From positions 31,418 through 95,417 of IMG/VR virus record IMGVR_UViG_3300025929_000001: 64,000 bases of DNA; one strand, 5' to 3'. Shown piece by piece: positions 48,362-56,678 of this stretch. Every line of letters begins with the position of its first letter. Within the stretch, counting starts at the first letter, position 1. The notes below the pieces were generated by a model. That model was not told the origin of the DNA. It searched no databases and was given only the letters and a program-made list of their open reading frames with translations. The DNA comes from a virus. The position numbers were made by a program, and so were the translations under genes.

Positions 48362-49461
48362 GACTGTTGCTGCGAATCGATTTCGGACAGCGTGCTAAGC
48401 AAGACACCGATGTTGCCTCGGACTTTCTCGAACTTAAGGTTCGCAGCCTTCAATGCTTCTTCGTGCTTGTGCGGAATCATGTTGACCATTAACAAAACCC
48501 GATCCGCACTAGCTGCCATGCTTTTGAGCTTGTGGACCGATTCGTCAGTGTGGTAAAAGGTCAGCTTAAACTTATCGCCGAACTTATCCTTTACTTCTTC
48601 AATGTGTATGGACTTAAGTAGTCCTGCGACGACTATCTTTTGTTTGCTAACAGTCGGTTCCATGGCTACCCCGATCGGGTTGTGTCTGATTGGACTTCGA
48701 TTGTGCGTCTGTGGGCGTAACATGTCTTGTACCTCCGATGATTTGAGAATGTCTAGTACGTTAACCTTAAATCGGTCAGCGAGTTTGTCCAGCAATGCGT
48801 CCAGCAATTGACCTGCGGTAAAGTCTGCCGGTGTAGCAGCTAGCGCGAGCGCTACAGGTTCCGTTATAGCTGGTGCGGGCTCCGGTACGCTGGCAGCAAC
48901 AAGGTCCACCATGTCTGCAAGCCAGTGCGCGTTGACCTTAATGTTCCCGATTGGAATGCGCCGCCTGTCTTCTGCCAAACATGATGCCTGGGCTTGGTCG
49001 AGCGCCTGGCTTAAGCTTACGAACGGTTGCTTCCTGCGGATAACCGCAACCTCATGCGCAAGCGTGATGCGCTCGTCGTGTGACCACACAATCTTAGGCT
49101 TCCGTCCCTTGATACCTTCAGGAACTTCTCGAACGACCGGTGTAGTCAGTTCGACGCTAGGTGTAGGTTGAAGCGGCCCTACGAACTCGGGCACGTCCGG
49201 TTGCTTTAACCGATACTTGTAAGCCCGCTGACCACCTGACTTATCGACTTCTAATGTGTGGTTATTAACCAGCATCTGAATTCGATTAGCCACCATCTTC
49301 TTATCATACGTAGAGCAGACATCCATTATATCAGCAGACTTTGCCCAGAGGTTAGCGGTGTTATTGAACATGTCAATGATCAGTTTACCTACCTGCGAAC
49401 GGGCTTCCGTCTGCGACTCGCTTACTACCATGCGAGCGTGTTGTATCTCTATGTTGTTCAT
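48355..49461 (-). CDS. Multidomain hypothetical protein (N-terminal winged-helix-like, C-terminal DUF2325-like alpha/beta)
   Basis: 368 aa; AGGAG RBS; the stop codon is the UGA of the hammerhead core. Confidence 0.7.
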   Translation of the reverse strand: MNNIEIQHARMVVSESQTEARSQVGKLIIDMFNNTANLWAKSADIMDVCSTYDKKMVANRIQMLVNNHTLEVDKSGGQRAYKYRLKQPDVPEFVGPLQPTPSVELTTPVVREVPEGIKGRKPKIVWSHDERITLAHEVAVIRRKQPFVSLSQALDQAQASCLAEDRRRIPIGNIKVNAHWLADMVDLVAASVPEPAPAITEPVALALAATPADFTAGQLLDALLDKLADRFKVNVLDILKSSEVQDMLRPQTHNRSPIRHNPIGVAMEPTVSKQKIVVAGLLKSIHIEEVKDKFGDKFKLTFYHTDESVHKLKSMAASADRVLLMVNMIPHKHEEALKAANLKFEKVRGNIGVLLSTLSEIDSQQQSH

Positions 49462-49470
49462 TGCTGTCTC

Positions 49471-49746
49471 CTAGTTCAAACGGGTTATCTTGGCAAACTT
49501 ACCTTGTTCCATGCTCCAGAAGTTGCCGTTTATCATGGAGCCGGCGTCGTTCTTAGCGAACGCTGCGGGTGCTAACGCTTGCTGATCTTCCAGCCCTTCC
49601 AGAACCAACTGCACTTCGCTGACGAAGGTGTCAGTACGTTCGCATATCAGCTTGGGGACGTTGCGGTGTATCTGGTATATGCGAGCCGTTTTATATAACG
49701 AGTCACCCTTCTTGGTTTCGTAGTAGGTATAGACGAAGTGTTTCAT
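49471..49746 (-). CDS. Hypothetical protein
   Basis: AGGAG RBS. Confidence 0.65.
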   Translation of the reverse strand: MKHFVYTYYETKKGDSLYKTARIYQIHRNVPKLICERTDTFVSEVQLVLEGLEDQQALAPAAFAKNDAGSMINGNFWSMEQGKFAKITRLN

Positions 49747-49767
49747 TGATCATTGCTCCTAAAAAGT

Positions 49768-49796
49768 AAAAACCCCGGCAAACATCACCGGGGCTT
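49768..49796 (-). terminator. Intrinsic terminator
   Basis: GCCCCGGUGA-ugu-UUGCCGGGGU-UUUU on the - strand. Confidence 0.75.
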
Positions 49797-49814
49797 ATGG
49801 GACGCTGTTAAGCG

Positions 49815-50330
49815 TTAAGATTGCTGGCCTTGCTTGGCAAGCTCGTCGAACTTTTCCGCAATCACACCTTGCAGACCATCGTAGCAGCCGTCGACATACT
49901 CGGCGGTTTGGATGCCTTGGTCAGCTTGGCCGCCAGCGACGTCGATTTCGCGGAACAGGATTGCAGCCAGTGCAAGCTGGGCGATGCCGGCTTCCATTAT
50001 CTGGTTTGCAAAGAACATGCGTGCATCCTGTCCTTGCGCCGGTTGGGCCGCTTGTTGTGTCGCTTGGGTTTGCGCTGGCGCGGTTTGAGCTTGTTGCGCA
50101 ACGGCTGCGCCACCCTGCTCCCCGCCAAGGGTTTCAGCGAGGTCGCCGTTGCTTTGCTCATTCCCGTTCTGACCGCCGGTGTTCGTAACGTTACCGATGC
50201 GACCGTCGGTGGCCGGGTCAGTAACTCGACCACGACCATCGCTACCCTGATTGGTTTGCTTGGCCTGAGTGGGCTGTGCTGCGCCCTGGCGGGTTTGATT
50301 TGAACGACCGCGAGTGCCTGTTGTTGCCAT
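49815..50330 (-). CDS. Gln/Gly-rich low-complexity protein with a helical C-terminus
   Basis: AGGAGCAATATC-ATG at 50330; lies 37 nt downstream of the HH-B cleavage site. Confidence 0.7.
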   Translation of the reverse strand: MATTGTRGRSNQTRQGAAQPTQAKQTNQGSDGRGRVTDPATDGRIGNVTNTGGQNGNEQSNGDLAETLGGEQGGAAVAQQAQTAPAQTQATQQAAQPAQGQDARMFFANQIMEAGIAQLALAAILFREIDVAGGQADQGIQTAEYVDGCYDGLQGVIAEKFDELAKQGQQS

Positions 50331-50362
50331 GATATTGCTCCTATAAAGATGCGATGAAGTTA

Positions 50363-50438
50363 CCGCATACACAATAAGCCCGCGTGTAAGGCGAGCTATT
50401 GTGTTTCGTCCGAGAACCACTCGGACTCATCAGTGCGG
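50363..50438 (-). ncRNA. Type I hammerhead ribozyme HH-B (cleavage GUA| between 50368 and 50367)
   Basis: CCGCA-CUGAUGA-[GUCCGAG ugguu CUCGGAC]-GAAA-[CACAAUAGCUCGC cuuacac GCGGGCU u AUUGUG]-UA|UGCGG. Confidence 0.93.
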
Positions 50439-50439
50439 A

Positions 50440-51252
50440 TTACGCTGCGGGTGCAGGCTGTTCTGCTGCCGATTGTTCGGTAGCGGCTGCTGGCGCTTCT
50501 TGCCCTTCCGGGAGTTCGAAGTTACCAGCGGGGCCGAACCCGACCGTCCACACCGGCGCAGGCTGTTGAGCTTGCACTGGCGTTGGCAGAGCGACGCGAC
50601 CGCGAACACCGTGATATGCACGCCACCGAGCGTACTGCGTTTTGATGGTGTGGTCATTCATACCGCGGATACGGCTGTCTGCTTTGATCTCCGCAATGGT
50701 TGCCGGCGTCGTTCCCGGATGCGACTTGCTGATCTCGTCCGCAACATCCCAGACCGTACCGGTCAGCGTACCAGACGCGGGGCGGGTGATGTTGTTGCGG
50801 GTCAGCTTAGCTGGCCGCGGAGGTTGTGGGGCCTGGCCTTGCAGCAGTTGGGTGACTGCGTTCGGGTCGGAGATGCCCAGTTCCTTAGCGACGTTGGCGG
50901 CTGCTTCTTCCATTTTTTGCTTGAACTCGGCAGCGACCTGTTCCGGAGTGCGATGCAGCGGGTCGGCACCATCGGGTACCACTGGAGCGGCGAGATGCTG
51001 CGCGACGAAGGCGTGCGCTTGGTCCGGCTGGATTGCGCGGCGTTCTTCGCGTTCGCGCCGTTCCTGGGCGATAACTTCTGGCGGCAGGTCGGATGCGGCC
51101 TGGTCGTTGGTGTTCGTGGTGTCTTGGGCACCTTGCAGCTTGAGCTCGTCTGCGTGCTGCTTGTCTTCAGCAGACATAACCTTGGATGCGATGGGCTTAG
51201 CAGCGACGGATTTACGACCTTTTGGTGCGACGTGGGATTGAACGTTTGCCAT
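50440..51252 (-). CDS. Protein with the paralogous helical domain, flanked by two hammerheads
   Basis: NNITRP.SG..TG.VW.VAD...T.KTQYARW; AGGAGCAATATC-ATG. Confidence 0.8.
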   Translation of the reverse strand: MANVQSHVAPKGRKSVAAKPIASKVMSAEDKQHADELKLQGAQDTTNTNDQAASDLPPEVIAQERREREERRAIQPDQAHAFVAQHLAAPVVPDGADPLHRTPEQVAAEFKQKMEEAAANVAKELGISDPNAVTQLLQGQAPQPPRPAKLTRNNITRPASGTLTGTVWDVADEISKSHPGTTPATIAEIKADSRIRGMNDHTIKTQYARWRAYHGVRGRVALPTPVQAQQPAPVWTVGFGPAGNFELPEGQEAPAAATEQSAAEQPAPAA

Positions 51253-51378
51253 GATATTGCTCCTATGATGAACTGCGGTTGGTGCTGGAAGGTTCCAGCT
51301 GGCTTAACTATATAACAATTTTGCGGTAGCGGTTGGCGTTTAAACAAACTTTCGCTAGCTTGCTGATAGGCCACCTTT

Positions 51379-51443
51379 ACTGCTGACGTAGACCTTAAGT
51401 GTCTGGGTCTACGTTTCGGATCATTAATCCTCATCAGAGCAGT
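51379..51443 (-). ncRNA. Type I hammerhead ribozyme HH-C (cleavage GUC| between 51385 and 51384)
   Basis: ACUGCU-CUGAUGA-[GGAU uaaug AUCC]-GAAA-[CGUAGACC cagacacuuaa GGUCUACG]-UC|AGCAGU. Confidence 0.94.
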
Positions 51444-51444
51444 T

Positions 51445-51726
51445 CTATGAATGAAACTCGTACTCGGCTTTCGGGGCACGCTGAATGCATCCCATAGTCA
51501 GGCGGAAGTCTGTGTGATAGCGGATGTTAATGATCCACTCCAGCCACCCTGGATGCTTGTAAGCAGGCGCATCTGCGGGGACGCGCTCTTGCGGGTAGAT
51601 GTCTATAAGCTTCGCGCATTTGACGTGCTGCGCTACGCGAGCTAAGACAGCTTCCAGCATCTGCTGATCCAGTTCCCAACCGAGAACGTTGTGAATGTTA
51701 ATCTGGCAGGTTTTATCTTGACTCAT
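51445..51726 (-). CDS. Hypothetical protein
   Basis: AGGAG RBS; the TAG stop lies 1 nt before HH-C stem I. Confidence 0.65.
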   Translation of the reverse strand: MSQDKTCQINIHNVLGWELDQQMLEAVLARVAQHVKCAKLIDIYPQERVPADAPAYKHPGWLEWIINIRYHTDFRLTMGCIQRAPKAEYEFHS

Positions 51727-51803
51727 GGCATTGCTCCTAAGTTGGGTTGAACTAGCTGCTAAACGCACGCTTATATTAGCAGCGTTTAACAGCTTTGGGC
51801 GTT

Positions 51804-52076
51804 TTACTTTGGGACGTACAAAAGTTCGACAGTGTACGCAGTTAGAGGCCGGTTCGGCAGACCGTCGAGCCTGGTCGGATGCGTATTGCTCACGGCGCGG
51901 TATGCGTCCATCGCTACGACCATATTGTCGTACTTCAGGGCTTCATCCGGGTTCTCGGTAAAGGTGATGGTACCCATACCGTCGTTCCCGTCTGGATCGT
52001 AGCTGGCCACATACATCCCGCGTTCGGGACACGGTGAGCCAATTGCCGCACCTACAATCTTAATTACAGTTGACAT
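51804..52076 (-). CDS. Hypothetical protein (PTR.DG.PNRPLTA motif)
   Basis: AGGAG RBS. Confidence 0.65.
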   Translation of the reverse strand: MSTVIKIVGAAIGSPCPERGMYVASYDPDGNDGMGTITFTENPDEALKYDNMVVAMDAYRAVSNTHPTRLDGLPNRPLTAYTVELLYVPK

Positions 52077-52086
52077 GTTGTTGCTC

Positions 52087-52272
52087 CTAAGGTTGCTTGG
52101 CGTTGTGCCATTCCACCCCGCGAAGGAAACCTTCATACAGGGTATTGATGCGAGTCGCTGGTACATTGTGTGAGCCCGCATAAGCGTGAACGTACATCCT
52201 ACCGTTCCAGACATAACGGGTCATGTCGATGTGGCACATGCGCTCAAATGCTTCACGCAATTTCTCGTTCAC
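52087..52272 (-). CDS. Hypothetical protein
   Basis: AAGGAG RBS; GTGA overlap. Confidence 0.55.
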   Translation of the reverse strand: MNEKLREAFERMCHIDMTRYVWNGRMYVHAYAGSHNVPATRINTLYEGFLRGVEWHNAKQP

Positions 52273-52484
52273 ATGTTCTCCTTTCTTAATTCATCGTAAG
52301 CGAGGTCGAGAATGCTTTGTGCCTTATCAATAGACCGCGCCATACGCCTAACAATTTCCTTATTGCGATCAGCCATTTCCTTGTCTGCTTGCAACAAGGC
52401 TATACCCGACGTAATAACGTTCATCTGCGTGCGGATGTCGTGGTTCATTTTATTAAACTTCTCGAATGCTTCTGGTGACATCAT
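52269..52484 (-). CDS. Small helical protein (weak HisKA-like H-box)
   Basis: NHDIRTQMNVI..GI.LL; GGAGG RBS. Confidence 0.55.
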   Translation of the reverse strand: MMSPEAFEKFNKMNHDIRTQMNVITSGIALLQADKEMADRNKEIVRRMARSIDKAQSILDLAYDELRKENM

Positions 52485-52499
52485 TTATCCTCCAGGGTT

Positions 52500-52562
52500 A
52501 CTCCAAAGCGGAGTCCATAGCCTGCTGACCTGTATGTGGTCACCAAGCTATGAAATTGCTTT
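52500..52562 (-). promoter_or_regulatory. RNase III-like processing stem with a switchable 5' hairpin
   Basis: AAAGC..[CAUAGCUUG-UGACC/GGUCA-CAGGCUAUG]..GCUUU; alternative hairpin ACUCC-GCUUU-GGAGU. Confidence 0.65.
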
Positions 52563-52809
52563 AGCTATTGTCTGCGGGTTTCCGTGCACGCAAGATTGTC
52601 AATTGCGATTCGCAATAGGCAATATAATCAGCATGCGGCGCTTTGGGTTTAAGGTTGAACTCTTTAGCCAAACGCGGCCGCAATGCACCACCGCTTGACT
52701 TAAGACCGACTTGTTCGAGCTTGAGTTGTTGCTTAATTGACGCGAACCGGAAATAGGAAACAGCATCCGGCGTATCCGCGATAAATGCTTTCTCTTGTTG
52801 GCTGCTCAT
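52561..52809 (-). CDS. Hypothetical protein
   Basis: AAGGAG RBS. Confidence 0.6.
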   Translation of the reverse strand: MSSQQEKAFIADTPDAVSYFRFASIKQQLKLEQVGLKSSGGALRPRLAKEFNLKPKAPHADYIAYCESQLTILRARKPADNS

Positions 52810-53081
52810 TGCGGGTTCTCCTTTTTGACAAGAACATCGGTAAGTACTTCGGACAACATCTTGTGAAGCGCTTGCGCCTTAAGCGCTTCGAACAGTGTGT
52901 GGCAGACAAACATGACCTCCGCTTTGTTGAGATCATATTTGTCGACCAACATGTTGTTCACTTCGCGAACGATGTTGCCAAGTTCGTCGTCAGACTTCTC
53001 GAACAGTTTAGCCAGCTTACCGTTTTCATCCCGCGTGCGGTTAGGGTCGCGTGGCTCTTTTGCTTTTAATGTATCGGACAC
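52806..53081 (-). CDS. Hypothetical protein
   Basis: AGGAG RBS; GTG start. Confidence 0.6.
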   Translation of the reverse strand: MSDTLKAKEPRDPNRTRDENGKLAKLFEKSDDELGNIVREVNNMLVDKYDLNKAEVMFVCHTLFEALKAQALHKMLSEVLTDVLVKKENPQ

Positions 53082-53113
53082 GTTCTTGCTCCTAAGTTAG
53101 TGGTTGTATTGAA

Positions 53114-53452
53114 TTAATGCAGAGTTGGCCGGTCAGCTAGCACTTCCGTCAGTGCGTCGTGCCGCGCTTCTTGTTGGGTCATTTCTGCATTGTACTCCTC
53201 GTGCGTATCGGCTAAGAACCCTTCGCTGGTGTAGTTGACACCGAGTTCATCCGTTGGGATGTTCTGGAAACAACCGAACAGCGGGGAGTTCGTAAAAAGC
53301 TGACCGTTAGGCCCTGGCTTTGCTGCCCAATACGGTTCCCAGAAATTGTCCGGGTTGTCGTCGAACTTGTCCTCGTTAAACAAGATCAACAAACCGCGAT
53401 CCAGAGCAGCTTTTGCCCAGGCCATTTGGTCTGTGTAGCGATGGATTGCCAT
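53114..53452 (-). CDS. Hypothetical protein (paralog of 60353..60700)
   Basis: AGGAG RBS; shared residue pattern. Confidence 0.65.
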   Translation of the reverse strand: MAIHRYTDQMAWAKAALDRGLLILFNEDKFDDNPDNFWEPYWAAKPGPNGQLFTNSPLFGCFQNIPTDELGVNYTSEGFLADTHEEYNAEMTQQEARHDALTEVLADRPTLH

Positions 53453-53467
53453 TTTGTTGTGCTCCTA

Positions 53468-53496
53468 AAAATGGGCTGACCATACAGCGCCAGCCC
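53468..53496 (-). terminator. Possible weak terminator hairpin
   Basis: GGGCUGGC-gcuguaug-GUCAGCCC-AUUUUU. Confidence 0.45.
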
Positions 53497-53507
53497 GTGG
53501 TTGATAC

Positions 53508-53837
53508 TTAGCAATTCACATAGTGTACCGGGCTGCGCACTACCAGATCCTCTGGCAGCTTAATGCCAACCAGCGGCAGATAGGCACGCGGCTTACGACC
53601 GAAGAAGTCAACCCTGCGGTGCGGTTCGAACTCCGCGGTTGCGATTTCATCCACTCGGCGCACCTCGACGATGGTACCGTCGCTGTCCCGTCCGATAATG
53701 TAATCGGGCAGTCCTTTCTTGACGCGCTTGTCCCGGCTGAACGGGTTAGCGACCCATGATTGCTGAACGCGCCCTGTTTGGTACACGTTAACAATGATGC
53801 AGCGCTGGCTAAGTAAATCACTTAATAGCTTAGGCAT
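53508..53837 (-). CDS. Hypothetical protein
   Basis: GGAG RBS. Confidence 0.6.
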   Translation of the reverse strand: MPKLLSDLLSQRCIIVNVYQTGRVQQSWVANPFSRDKRVKKGLPDYIIGRDSDGTIVEVRRVDEIATAEFEPHRRVDFFGRKPRAYLPLVGIKLPEDLVVRSPVHYVNC

Positions 53838-53854
53838 AATAAATACTCCGGTTA

Positions 53855-53919
53855 CGGGCAAAGCGCCCGCGATAACCACACTGGTGAGTTGTGGATTGTG
53901 TGGTTATCACTGGTGCTTT
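53855..53919 (-). promoter_or_regulatory. RNase III-like processing stem with a switchable 5' hairpin
   Basis: AAAGC-acca-[GUGAUAACCACAC/GUGUGGUUAUCGC]-gggc-GCUUU; alternative hairpin CGGGC-GCUUU-GCCCG. Confidence 0.7.
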
Positions 53920-53922
53920 AGG

Positions 53923-54522
53923 TCAGATTTGACCTTTGTATTCTACTTCCCAAATTTCTGCCATGCGAGTTGCTACTTGGTAACAGAAATCTTGCTCGCT
54001 GAAACCGTAGATAGTGTCGTGCGGATTATTGCGCAAACTAGACAGGTATCCTGCGTAGAAGTCGACGTCGCTGAAGCTATTCTTAGCAGCGTCCTGTTCT
54101 TGGGTAATGCGCTTGACAATAAAGAACTTCAGATATTGCTGCGCGTTGTGTTCGACTTCAACCAGATGGCTTAATTGGCGCTGCACTTGCTCGGAGACAG
54201 CGCTGGCAAACTGCATACCATCGCCGCTCATAAGCTCATTGTGCACCCATGTTTCGTGATACTGGCTGGTTGGTCCGATGTGTTCTGGGTTGCCTTTGCA
54301 TTCCGCCCATTGTTTGGCAGACAACCATTCCGCGGTTGCTTCGACCATGCGCTCGTAAGCAGCTTCGACCGGGTCCATGTCTTCAGTTCGTTTGGAATCG
54401 TCCACTTGGCAGTACCCTGGAATGAATTGGGCTGCTGTTTCTACCATAGCAGCCATGACAGCTTTGTCTTCCTTAGTTGGGATTGGAGATACTTTGAAAG
54501 GACGCTTTTTGTTGTCAGACAT
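53923..54522 (-). CDS. Hypothetical protein
   Basis: AGGAGCAATATC-ATG. Confidence 0.65.
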   Translation of the reverse strand: MSDNKKRPFKVSPIPTKEDKAVMAAMVETAAQFIPGYCQVDDSKRTEDMDPVEAAYERMVEATAEWLSAKQWAECKGNPEHIGPTSQYHETWVHNELMSGDGMQFASAVSEQVQRQLSHLVEVEHNAQQYLKFFIVKRITQEQDAAKNSFSDVDFYAGYLSSLRNNPHDTIYGFSEQDFCYQVATRMAEIWEVEYKGQI

Positions 54523-54708
54523 GATATTGCTCCTGAGGTGAAATGCATCTGTTGGATGCGGTTGGGTAAATGCGTATTGTACTGCTAAACGTGCGTTTAT
54601 GGTGCACATTTAAACGCGTTTTAAGCGCTTAAATGCATTTTTGCGGGGAGGGTATAGGGTACCCGCTAAAAACGCAGGCAACATGCGTTGCCCACGGTTT
54701 AAACGGTA

Positions 54709-55200
54709 TTAATAGCGCGTGCCCCGGTACCAATCCGGGTAACACACAAATTCCCCTGCATCATTGCGCCCTGTCTCGCGGATGCGGTCAGCTTCGTTCT
54801 CCGCACGCAGACGTTCTGCTGCACGCTTGTCGTTGCTACGAATCTTCCCTGACCCTTCGCAGGTGTAGCAGGTCTTATCGTACCCGCCGTTGAAATACAT
54901 TTCGCGGGACTCCTCGTCGTCAAAGGCTTCGTAGAATTCAGACTGCGTGTAGCTGCCCAGATGCCTGCAGTGGTGCCCGTCCCCTGAACAGGTTGGGCAG
55001 ATAACCCAACCGCCGCGCACTTCAGACTCTGCGGGTGAGAACTCACCACAATCGCACCCTGCCTCGGTTTCGTGGCAGTTAATGCAGATCGTTGAGGCAG
55101 ATTTGGGTGCGGAGAAGCTTTCGCACTCGCAGTAGACTTCAGGTTCGCGGCAGACTGTGCATTTTGGCAGGGAATCTGGATCAATTTGATTGTAGCGCAT
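54709..55200 (-). CDS. Cys-rich Zn-finger protein (two CxxC..CxC units plus a DnaJ-type CxxCxGxG pair)
   Basis: CTVC..CEC, CINC..CDC, CPTCSGDG and CYTCEGSG motifs. Confidence 0.7.
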   Translation of the reverse strand: MRYNQIDPDSLPKCTVCREPEVYCECESFSAPKSASTICINCHETEAGCDCGEFSPAESEVRGGWVICPTCSGDGHHCRHLGSYTQSEFYEAFDDEESREMYFNGGYDKTCYTCEGSGKIRSNDKRAAERLRAENEADRIRETGRNDAGEFVCYPDWYRGTRY

Positions 55201-55222
55201 GGTAAGGCTCCTAAAGTGAAAT

Positions 55223-55276
55223 GATGCAGAACGCATCCAAATGCCCGCTGTTGCCAGTGAGCATTTAGGGTGTTCT
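55223..55276 (-). promoter_or_regulatory. RNase III-like processing stem with a switchable 5' hairpin
   Basis: AGAAC..[AAAUGCUC/GGGCAUUU]..GUUCU; alternative hairpin GAUGC-GUUCU-GCAUC. Confidence 0.65.
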
Positions 55277-55682
55277 AGTTCATGTTTTTGAGATACAGCA
55301 CAAAGTCGACCTGAAACTTAAACAAGCCGATCATTTCCGCAGGGCTGTACCCTTCAGAATCTTCCATGTCCATGTATTCCAACAAGGCTTGCTTAACCTT
55401 ATCTGCTGGCATTGCTTCTATCTCAGATAAGAATTCCTTATCGGTCATGGGTACGAATTCAGGAACGAACTTGTGTTCCTCGACCATTTCGTCACTGCGA
55501 TCTTCTAGCCAGTGTGCAAACTCACAGGCCCAACCTTCTAATTCTTCTTCGGGCACCATAATTTGCAGCGAATTACCAAATTGCTCGAACTGCCCATCAT
55601 CCATGCGGTTGTCGAGAAACAGTTCAGCTTGCTTAGAGCCTTGAACAAACAGGAAATCGCTGAGGTTGCGTAGTGTGGTCAT
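55275..55682 (-). CDS. Acidic hypothetical protein
   Basis: AGGAG RBS; very Asp/Glu-rich. Confidence 0.65.
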   Translation of the reverse strand: MTTLRNLSDFLFVQGSKQAELFLDNRMDDGQFEQFGNSLQIMVPEEELEGWACEFAHWLEDRSDEMVEEHKFVPEFVPMTDKEFLSEIEAMPADKVKQALLEYMDMEDSEGYSPAEMIGLFKFQVDFVLYLKNMN

Positions 55683-55705
55683 TTATTGCTCCTAAAATGG
55701 GTGAT

Positions 55706-55758
55706 GGTGCAAAGTGCACCCACTAGCCTACTCAGGGAGAAGGCTAGGAGGTTACTTT
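55706..55758 (-). promoter_or_regulatory. RNase III-like processing stem with a switchable 5' hairpin
   Basis: AAAGU..[CUAGCCU/AGGCUAG]..ACUUU; alternative hairpin GGUGC-ACUUU-GCACC. Confidence 0.65.
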
Positions 55759-55764
55759 ACGTTG

Positions 55765-56223
55765 TTAAATGATGCCGTAAGTGATGCTGTGGGCGTGACC
55801 GTCCTCGAAAGCTTCCAGGGTGCGATCGCGGGAACGGTATTGGATATCGTTTGCTACGGATGGGCGTTCCAGACTGAAGTAGCATGGCCCGTCTGCCCAG
55901 TTGAGTGTGTGGTCGATGTGGGCTTGCACAGCTTCCTTAGTTGCATCGACGATGCGAACCTTCCCTGCGTACTGCACACCATCGCAATCCATACCGGATT
56001 CGAGAACGGCGATTTTGCCATCCTCAGCGAGTGCGGTAAGGTCGCGCAGAAATTGGATCCGCTGCTGGCGTGCTTCCCGGGCTGACCACAATGCGTGATC
56101 GTGGACTTGGCGGTGCGCCTTGAGGATATAAGAATCCAGAAAGCGGTAGTCCTCCGGAACCACTGCGTTGCGAATCATTGGGGAGGTGGCTTTCCAGTAC
56201 AGCGAAGGTGTGATGGATTTCAT
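55765..56223 (-). CDS. Hypothetical protein (SGMDCDG / SRDR.LEAFEDGH motifs)
   Basis: AGGAGCCTTACC-ATG. Confidence 0.7.
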   Translation of the reverse strand: MKSITPSLYWKATSPMIRNAVVPEDYRFLDSYILKAHRQVHDHALWSAREARQQRIQFLRDLTALAEDGKIAVLESGMDCDGVQYAGKVRIVDATKEAVQAHIDHTLNWADGPCYFSLERPSVANDIQYRSRDRTLEAFEDGHAHSITYGII

Positions 56224-56246
56224 GGTAAGGCTCCTAAAAGGGTTAC

Positions 56247-56319
56247 GCTGCGGATTGTAGATTGCAGCCACTAACCTGCTCGTAATGAAAGGGGGTGAAC
56301 AGGTTAGTAGATGTATCTA
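56247..56319 (-). promoter_or_regulatory. RNase III-like processing stem
   Basis: UAGAU..[ACUAACCUGUUC/GAGCAGGUUAGU]..AUCUA; alternative hairpin GCUGC-N12-GCAGC. Confidence 0.6.
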
Positions 56320-56325
56320 AGTTAG

Positions 56326-56580
56326 TTACTCGTCTTTTGGAGTTAAATGCTCCAGGTAAATGGGCACCATGTATTCCTGAAGCATTAGGCGCAGCTTTTG
56401 CTCTGCGACTTGGAGGGCTTCAGACAGGGTGTCGAAGGAAAGTACCTGATGCAGTTCACCGACTAGGGTGCTGACTTTGTATGTTGTAGTGTCGTCTGTG
56501 AGATTAAACTCGGTCAGGCTTACCAAGAGGTTAGATGCTGCATTGTTGTACTGGAAGTACAGATGGTTGGTTGTTTTCAA
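56326..56580 (-). CDS. Hypothetical protein
   Basis: AGGAG RBS; TTG start. Confidence 0.55.
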   Translation of the reverse strand: MKTTNHLYFQYNNAASNLLVSLTEFNLTDDTTTYKVSTLVGELHQVLSFDTLSEALQVAEQKLRLMLQEYMVPIYLEHLTPKDE

Positions 56581-56678
56581 GTCAAGCTCCTAAGAAGGTG
56601 ATGCGGTGGTGGTGCAACTGGTATTGTACTGCATAATGTGCGTGCAGTATATGCTTGCAGTTGGGTAAGTGATATGCC

